A stretch of 64,000 nucleotides of DNA from a bacterium. GTDB taxonomy: Bacteria > SM23-31. The position numbers were made by a program, and so were the translations under genes. Below, in pieces: positions 58,590 to 64,000 of this stretch. Where the stretch lies: the NCBI GenBank assembly GCA_965249485.1, contig OZ252239.1:770445-834444 (forward strand), in the 5' to 3' direction. Below the pieces are notes generated by a model. That model was not told the origin of the DNA, did not search any database, and worked only from the letters and a program-made list of their open reading frames with translations. The stretch's first letter is position 1. Each line of letters starts with the position of its first letter.

Positions 58590-60332
58590 CTAAGCCTCCG
58601 GTGATTTATTTTGGGGTACGAAATCCTCAGCTTGTCCCGGAACGCTGTATTCATAGGGCTCACGATAGACCGTGGGAGTAACGGTAAAATTGCCGTGGGG
58701 TGGTGGTGAGGGTGCCGACCATTCGAGAGTCGTGGCCCGCCAGGGATTATTGTCGACCTTCTTGCCTTTTCTTATACTGACAAAGAGATTATAGATAAAC
58801 GGGAGTTGAAACAGTAGCAAGATCCAGGCTGAATACGATATAATCACATTCCAATATGCTACTGGCTCCCCAAACGTATATCCAATGCCCCCGTCCCACA
58901 ATCGACGCGACACTCCTGCCATGCCCTGAATGAACATCGGCATGAATATACCGTTCATACAAATAAAAGACCCCCAAAAATGTATTTTCCCCAATTTTTC
59001 GTTCATCCGCCTTCCGGTAATTTTCGGAAACCAGTAATAGACACCTGCAAACATAGCGAAGATTGTTCCCGGTGCCACCACGTAGTGAAAATGTCCTATG
59101 ACGTAGTAGGTATCGTGCAGATAAATATCCGCAGGCGCCAAACCAAGTGGGAGACCAGTCAATCCACCGATGCCAAACATGGGGATAAAAGCCAGGGCAA
59201 ACAGCATGGGGGTATTAAAACGTATTGATCCGCCATAGAGCGAAATGAACAATGACGTCAATATAACGATCGAGGGTATAGAAATAATCATGGTCGTCGT
59301 CTGGAAAAAATTACTGATGACCGTCCCCATTCCGGTCAGAAACATGTGATGTGCCCATACGATAAATGACATGAAACCAAGAAAAATAGTGGCGTAAACC
59401 ATTGACCGGTAACCCCAGAGCGGTTTTCTTGTATTATTGGCAACAATTTCCGCAACAATTCCCATTGCAGGTAAGATCAGGACATAAACTTCAGGATGAG
59501 CCAGAAACCAGAACAGGTGCTGCCAAAGGAGCGGACTTCCCCCGCCGCTTACGTCCAATGCCTCTCCGCTAATTAACAGACCGCTTGGTATGAAAAAACT
59601 CGTGTCTGCCACACGGTCCATGAGTTGCATGATTCCGGCAACTTCCAAAGGAGGAAAAGCGAGCAGCAGTAAAAAAGACGTTACCAACTGTGCCCAAACA
59701 AAAAAAGGCAGCCGCATAAAAGTCAGTCCCTCTGCTCTCAGCTGAAGTATTGTCACGATAAAGTTTATGGAGCCCAACAGGGAAGAGGTGATGATGAATA
59801 TCATTCCAATCAACCATACTGTCTGACCTGTAGTGGCAATGACCGACAGGGGCGGGTAGGACGTCCAACCAGAATTTGCCGCTCCCCCCGGTACAAAAAA
59901 GCTGACAAGCATAGTCACGCCCCCAAGAAAATATACCCAGTAGCTTGCCATATTGAGCTTTGGAAACGCCATGTCCGGCGCACCAATCTGTAGCGGCATG
60001 ACATAATTACCAAAAGCGCCTACTGCAAGCGGCACTATTCCCAGAAAGACCATGATCGTCCCGTGCATCGCTCCGAGTTGATTGTAAAACTCAGGAAGCA
60101 TGATACCTTGAGGCATCCTTTCTTCACCAAACCATCCTCCAATAATGGGAATTGCCTGTTCAGGATACGCTAGCTGCCACCGCATGAGCATCATTATCGA
60201 AAATCCAAACAGGAGAAAAAGTAAACTGGTGAATCCGTATTGAATCCCAATTACCTTATGGTCTGTGGAGAAAACATAATTTTGCCAGTAACCCTTAGAA
60301 CCGTGATGTGCCGTATGACCGGATTGCTCCAT
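58590..60332 (-). CDS. coxA: Cytochrome c oxidase subunit I (heme-copper oxidase, A-type)
   Basis: 580 aa, 12+ TM. Conserved WFFGHPEVY-like FLAHPEVYVLILP, His ligands, and the HDTYYVIGHFHYV motif. Confidence 0.95.
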   Translation of the reverse strand: MEQSGHTAHHGSKGYWQNYVFSTDHKVIGIQYGFTSLLFLLFGFSIMMLMRWQLAYPEQAIPIIGGWFGEERMPQGIMLPEFYNQLGAMHGTIMVFLGIVPLAVGAFGNYVMPLQIGAPDMAFPKLNMASYWVYFLGGVTMLVSFFVPGGAANSGWTSYPPLSVIATTGQTVWLIGMIFIITSSLLGSINFIVTILQLRAEGLTFMRLPFFVWAQLVTSFLLLLAFPPLEVAGIMQLMDRVADTSFFIPSGLLISGEALDVSGGGSPLLWQHLFWFLAHPEVYVLILPAMGIVAEIVANNTRKPLWGYRSMVYATIFLGFMSFIVWAHHMFLTGMGTVISNFFQTTTMIISIPSIVILTSLFISLYGGSIRFNTPMLFALAFIPMFGIGGLTGLPLGLAPADIYLHDTYYVIGHFHYVVAPGTIFAMFAGVYYWFPKITGRRMNEKLGKIHFWGSFICMNGIFMPMFIQGMAGVSRRLWDGGIGYTFGEPVAYWNVIISYSAWILLLFQLPFIYNLFVSIRKGKKVDNNPWRATTLEWSAPSPPPHGNFTVTPTVYREPYEYSVPGQAEDFVPQNKSPEA

Positions 60333-61196
60333 TAAATCTCCTCTGCCCGTTTGTTCACTGTCAATATCACTATTTGATTCATTCTTTTTGTTTCATTTAT
60401 CATATTTATCAATTCCCAAACATGTGTCAAGCTTCATAGGGTAATAAACAGCTTTTGTTATATGCGATCTTTAGGTCACGAAGGTTGATTAACAACGGTT
60501 GAATTGACTGTTTGCAGAACTGTCATCTGCGTCAAAATTACGGCTCATAATTCCGACATTTATCCTGTCTTAAAGAGGACTGAACTCCAATAGTAAGATT
60601 TGTCATAGCAGAATAACAGATATTTGACATAAAAGGCTCAGACACTAATATTCCCCTGGAGAAAAGAAGCTCGGTAATGGCATCCTCTCATTTCACAGCT
60701 CGTAGCCGGCATCAATTGTATAATACAATGAATACGATTGACCAGATTCCCAGGTGAGGTATGAACACGCATACAGAATACAATCTCAATATCTGTGAGA
60801 ACCGATTTTCGGAGGTTATCCTCTGATGATACAGGATCTGTCCTTCGACGCTAATAAATGGCGATAGTATATTGAGATATTATTTTAAATGCAAGAGTAA
60901 TTTTACTTTCCCGGTTACTTCCCACTTTATTAGTAAATACTCCCTTACGGTTCAAACTGTGCTCCATTACTTATTTCAGGAATAAAATGCAAGAGAAAAA
61001 GGTCTATTTGAGCAAAAATGACTTGATTAAAGGGATGAAAAAGTTTATCTTTTGCTGCTTTAACTTATATATTATGATTAATAAAATAACTCTCGTTTCA
61101 TGATGTGATATGAGAGACACGGATTAATATATTTTGCCGATGCCCGACACCTTTCAGAGTTCGTCTATGATGCTTTATGTGTAGGAAGGTCTTTTA

Positions 61197-61970
61197 ATGC
61201 TAATCGTGATACCAGCTCTGACATGTGTGATATTTGGTAGCGCTTATCCGCTTTTTTTCTGGGTAATCTACAAAAAAACGGTGAATCAGAGCTTCTACCG
61301 ATTTAACCTTGGTCTGGCAACGATTATTGGGAGTGTGGGATTATTCTTTATATGGTACCTCAATCTGTCGATAAATACAAAGATCAGTGCCGGAATCTGG
61401 GTTGTTCTTCTGATGGCCGTTACGGCGTATTTTTGGAACAAAACAAGTATCCGTGAGTGGATTGTTAGCCTTCCATCTCTCCTCGGAGGAATTGTCTTTT
61501 TCCTGATATTAGAGCAATTAGTAATGCTGGATTGGAGTATGCGGATAGTCAGTATCTTGAGTGGCTTAATTATTTGCAATGCTCTTTTTGCTATGATTCT
61601 TGGACACTGGTATTTGAACGTCGCCAAGTTACCCATCAGATATCTTCAACGGGTAACAAACGTCATGCTAATCCTACTGTCGCTCCGGCTGGTGTGGGAC
61701 CTGTATGCAGTTATTGCAGTAGATGTGACTATCATGGGCACGATGGTGCCTTTAGTTAACTTTTTGCATCTTATTGAGGGAGTCTTTATTTATCTTGCAT
61801 TCTTTTTTGGCGCTCTATTCCCATTGGTTATAACATTTATGGCCCTAAGATCATTGAAGGTGAGTGCAACTCAATCGGCGACAGGTTTATTGTATATAGG
61901 GGTGATATCAGTTGCTATGGGTGATTTAATTTATAAATATTATCTTTTGCAGTATGGGCTGGTATTGTAA
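61197..61970 (+). CDS. Hypothetical polytopic membrane protein (about 8 TM)
   Basis: 257-aa ORF, highly hydrophobic. Its stop overlaps the next gene's ATG (TAATG). Confidence 0.55.
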   Translation: MLIVIPALTCVIFGSAYPLFFWVIYKKTVNQSFYRFNLGLATIIGSVGLFFIWYLNLSINTKISAGIWVVLLMAVTAYFWNKTSIREWIVSLPSLLGGIVFFLILEQLVMLDWSMRIVSILSGLIICNALFAMILGHWYLNVAKLPIRYLQRVTNVMLILLSLRLVWDLYAVIAVDVTIMGTMVPLVNFLHLIEGVFIYLAFFFGALFPLVITFMALRSLKVSATQSATGLLYIGVISVAMGDLIYKYYLLQYGLVL

Positions 61971-62377
61971 TGCCTTCCATAACAGGGACGTGCGAAAACT
62001 GTAATGAGCCGTTTAACATAGAAGCATCGAGTATAACACAATTATCCTGTACACGTTGCGGTGATCGCACATGGAACATTACACCAGAACTGGACGTATT
62101 TACCCAATGTCCCTTTTGCGGCTGTGAGCACTTTTATAAACAGAAAGACTTTAACAAAGTAATCGGGTGTGGATTAGTTTTTATTGGTGCGGTTTTAGTA
62201 CCTTTTACATATGGATTAAGTTTATTGGTGCTGGCGATTTTTGACTGGATAATGTATCAGCGTTTACCGCAAATGGCTATCTGCTATCGCTGCCGAACAG
62301 AATACCGGGGTTATGACCTTCCTGAGAACATTCAGGGATTCAATCACTGGACGGGATGGGCAACCGAAAAGAACTGA
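61970..62377 (+). CDS. Zinc-ribbon-containing membrane protein
   Basis: CENC...CTRCG, CPFCGC and CYRC Cys pairs flanking a TM helix. Translationally coupled to the upstream gene. Confidence 0.5.
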   Translation: MPSITGTCENCNEPFNIEASSITQLSCTRCGDRTWNITPELDVFTQCPFCGCEHFYKQKDFNKVIGCGLVFIGAVLVPFTYGLSLLVLAIFDWIMYQRLPQMAICYRCRTEYRGYDLPENIQGFNHWTGWATEKN

Positions 62378-62448
62378 AACATGAGCTGTTCGCTTTATAA
62401 AATGTGACCAGTCGGATATCAAAATTATCTATTAATATAGGAGGAATA

Positions 62449-63186
62449 ATGTTGAAAACATCTGTCTGCCTTGTAGTGTCTCTTGCAGCATTTCTTTTGA
62501 TAACAGCCGTGGCTCCCAATGAAGGTGCAACAGCCGCAGCTCCCTATGAAGGTGCAACCATTACAGGCACAATCAATTTCGAGGGAGAGGTACCAACACT
62601 AAGAATCCTGGCGATGAATGCTGATGCGGTATGTGAAATGAAGCACACCGAACCGGTCAAATCGGAAGCCCTTGTATTGGGGGAAGGAAACACGATGGCA
62701 AACGTTTTCGTCCGTGTTGTGAGTGGCTTAACGAAAAAAAATTACCCGGTACCGGAAGAGCCGGCAGTTCTCGATCAGAATGGTTGTGTATACAAACCAC
62801 ATGTCATGGGTATAAGAGTTAATCAGGAGCTCAAAATCCTGAATTCCGACGGCATATTACACAATATTCATCCGCTGCCGAAAGTTAACGATGAGTTCAA
62901 TATGGCGATGCCTAAATTTCGGAAAGAAGCCATAAGAAAATTTGAAGAAGAAGAATTCATTATCCCGGTAAAATGTGATGTGCATCCTTGGATGCAGAGC
63001 TACATTGCGGTATTATCTCATCCTTTCTTCGCCATATCCAACATTGATGGAAAGTTTTCTATCGACGGCCTGGATCCTGGGACATACGAAATTGAAGCAT
63101 GGCACGAGCGAATGGGTGTCCAGAAAGCTACCGTGGTAATCGCCGCCGATGAGACCAAAACCGTCGACTTTACATACAAGCGATAA
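62449..63186 (+). CDS. Secreted cupredoxin-like protein with a putative type-1 copper site
   Basis: Signal peptide MLKTSVCLVVSLAAFLLITAVA. CDVHPWM (C-x2-H-x2-M as in amicyanin CTPHPFM) with upstream His candidates (LHNIHPL). The ORF track starts at 62404. Confidence 0.45.
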   Translation: MLKTSVCLVVSLAAFLLITAVAPNEGATAAAPYEGATITGTINFEGEVPTLRILAMNADAVCEMKHTEPVKSEALVLGEGNTMANVFVRVVSGLTKKNYPVPEEPAVLDQNGCVYKPHVMGIRVNQELKILNSDGILHNIHPLPKVNDEFNMAMPKFRKEAIRKFEEEEFIIPVKCDVHPWMQSYIAVLSHPFFAISNIDGKFSIDGLDPGTYEIEAWHERMGVQKATVVIAADETKTVDFTYKR

Positions 63187-63361
63187 AACCGGTTTGCGGA
63201 ATATCATATAAGACCCAGTATGCTGGATTAGGAAAAAGTATGAATTATTTTACAAATTGATAAGGCTGTATGGTGCTTTACTTCGCTATTCCGAATACCG
63301 ATTATAATAAAGCTAACTGGTCATAACCTGACATCATTCACAATTCGTTAAAAAGAAGATA

Positions 63362-63691
63362 ATGGCAAAAAAAGCATATGATCATTACAAAACGGTGCCT
63401 GAATTACCCGATAAGTTTGGTGTAAAAAAGAAAAAGCCCAGATTAATGGCGGTAGTTGACGAAGATAGCTGCACCGGATGTGGGGTATGTATCCCTTTTT
63501 GTCCGATTGATTGCATCGAAACCGTTCCAAAGGAAAAATACAACATTCCGATACCTCCCGTCCAGATAATTTTTAACGAATGTACCGGCTGTCAAATATG
63601 TGCCAAGGTCTGCACGAAACTGACTTGGGATGCCATCCGTATGCTCCCCACTGAGAAATTTGAGGAGATTTACGGTATTGAGATTGACTAA
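63362..63691 (+). CDS. 2x[4Fe-4S] ferredoxin
   Basis: CTGCGVCIPFCP and CTGCQICAKVCT cluster motifs. Confidence 0.85.
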   Translation: MAKKAYDHYKTVPELPDKFGVKKKKPRLMAVVDEDSCTGCGVCIPFCPIDCIETVPKEKYNIPIPPVQIIFNECTGCQICAKVCTKLTWDAIRMLPTEKFEEIYGIEID

Positions 63692-63775
63692 GGAGTTTGA
63701 TAGGGTCTCTACGGGAGAATCTTGCCCTTTACTTTCACCCATTTAACTATTGAAGTATAGTAAGGTAAAGCCGTC

Positions 63776-64000
63776 ATGTGGTTTTTTATGTTTGCTTGTT
63801 ATCTACTGACGCTCGTTTCAGTTATCTTATTGGCAGTAGTTGGCTGTCAGGGCTATTTTCACTTCCAGGTAATGGGTTTGAACCATCCTTCTTTTGCGCT
63901 TTTTACGACGATTATTTATCTTTTCACGGAAACTCTAGTGATGTTCTTCTTTGTAGGTACCGGTATTAGTATAAAAGAATATGTAAAGGAACAAGAAAAG
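63776..64000 (+). CDS. Partial hypothetical membrane protein (continues beyond the window)
   Basis: Open frame from ATG 63776 to the window end, MWFFMFACYLLTLVSVILLAVVGCQGYF..., hydrophobic. Confidence 0.3.
   Translation, partial: MWFFMFACYLLTLVSVILLAVVGCQGYFHFQVMGLNHPSFALFTTIIYLFTETLVMFFFVGTGISIKEYVKEQEK

Noticed and set aside
1-64000. CRISPR arrays, IS elements/transposases, prophage or integrated-element boundaries
   Set aside because: No short direct-repeat/spacer arrays, no transposase or phage structural genes, and no flanking direct repeats around the Xer-type recombinase were found. The gene remnants at 5582-5725 and 21795-22035 are about 70-75% identical paralogue relics rather than recent target-site duplications.

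Overview
This 64-kb window is a chromosomal segment from a moderately AT-rich bacterium of the Fibrobacteres-Chlorobi-Bacteroidetes (FCB) group; the T9SS-type C-terminal sorting domains suggest Bacteroidetes or Ignavibacteria-like. The first ~14 kb is a copper/heavy-metal island: an ArsR repressor whose operator palindrome overlaps its own start codon, tandem SRPBCC genes, DUF1059, DoxX, a CopA P-type ATPase, a Met/His-rich T9SS-secreted protein, and a CusC(TolC)-CusB-CusA RND operon headed by a Cys-rich secreted protein. The CusB carries three CxxC heavy-metal-binding domains. The middle of the window holds housekeeping and accessory genes: M20 peptidase, bacterioferritin, a Gly-repeat surface protein, S9 peptidase, a DUF4062-TPR protein, a MamK-like actin, a Macro-domain protein, an NfeD-stomatin pair, YidC, RNase P RNA, a beta-lactamase-family hydrolase, two MBL-fold hydrolases, a CcmH-like protein, a FliG_C/MgtE_N-like protein, NrnA, a Xer-type recombinase, a methyltransferase, MurB, a GAF-GGDEF cyclase, and an L,D-transpeptidase/M14 peptidase cell-wall cluster. 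The final third holds PilT, RdgB, AlkD, a TPP riboswitch ahead of a TonB-dependent receptor, an M23 peptidase, a tRNA cluster (Pro-Arg-His-Glu plus a degenerate Glu-like pseudo-tRNA), and an aa3-type cytochrome c oxidase operon with SCO1, followed by cupredoxin-like and ferredoxin genes. The most striking global signal is a very high density of gene disruptions: at least six in-frame stop codons (TGA four times, TAA once, TAG once) inside otherwise well-conserved genes (nrnA, two MBL hydrolases, the T9SS protein twice, the Gly-repeat protein), plus at least eight homopolymer-associated frameshifts (mamK-like, yidC, ldt, M14, both MBL genes, SRPBCC). Together with remnant 3' fragments of a second RND pump and a second S9 peptidase, this points either to an error-prone long-read assembly or to genuine widespread pseudogenisation. 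Stop-codon reassignment is rejected because all three stop codons also terminate intact genes.
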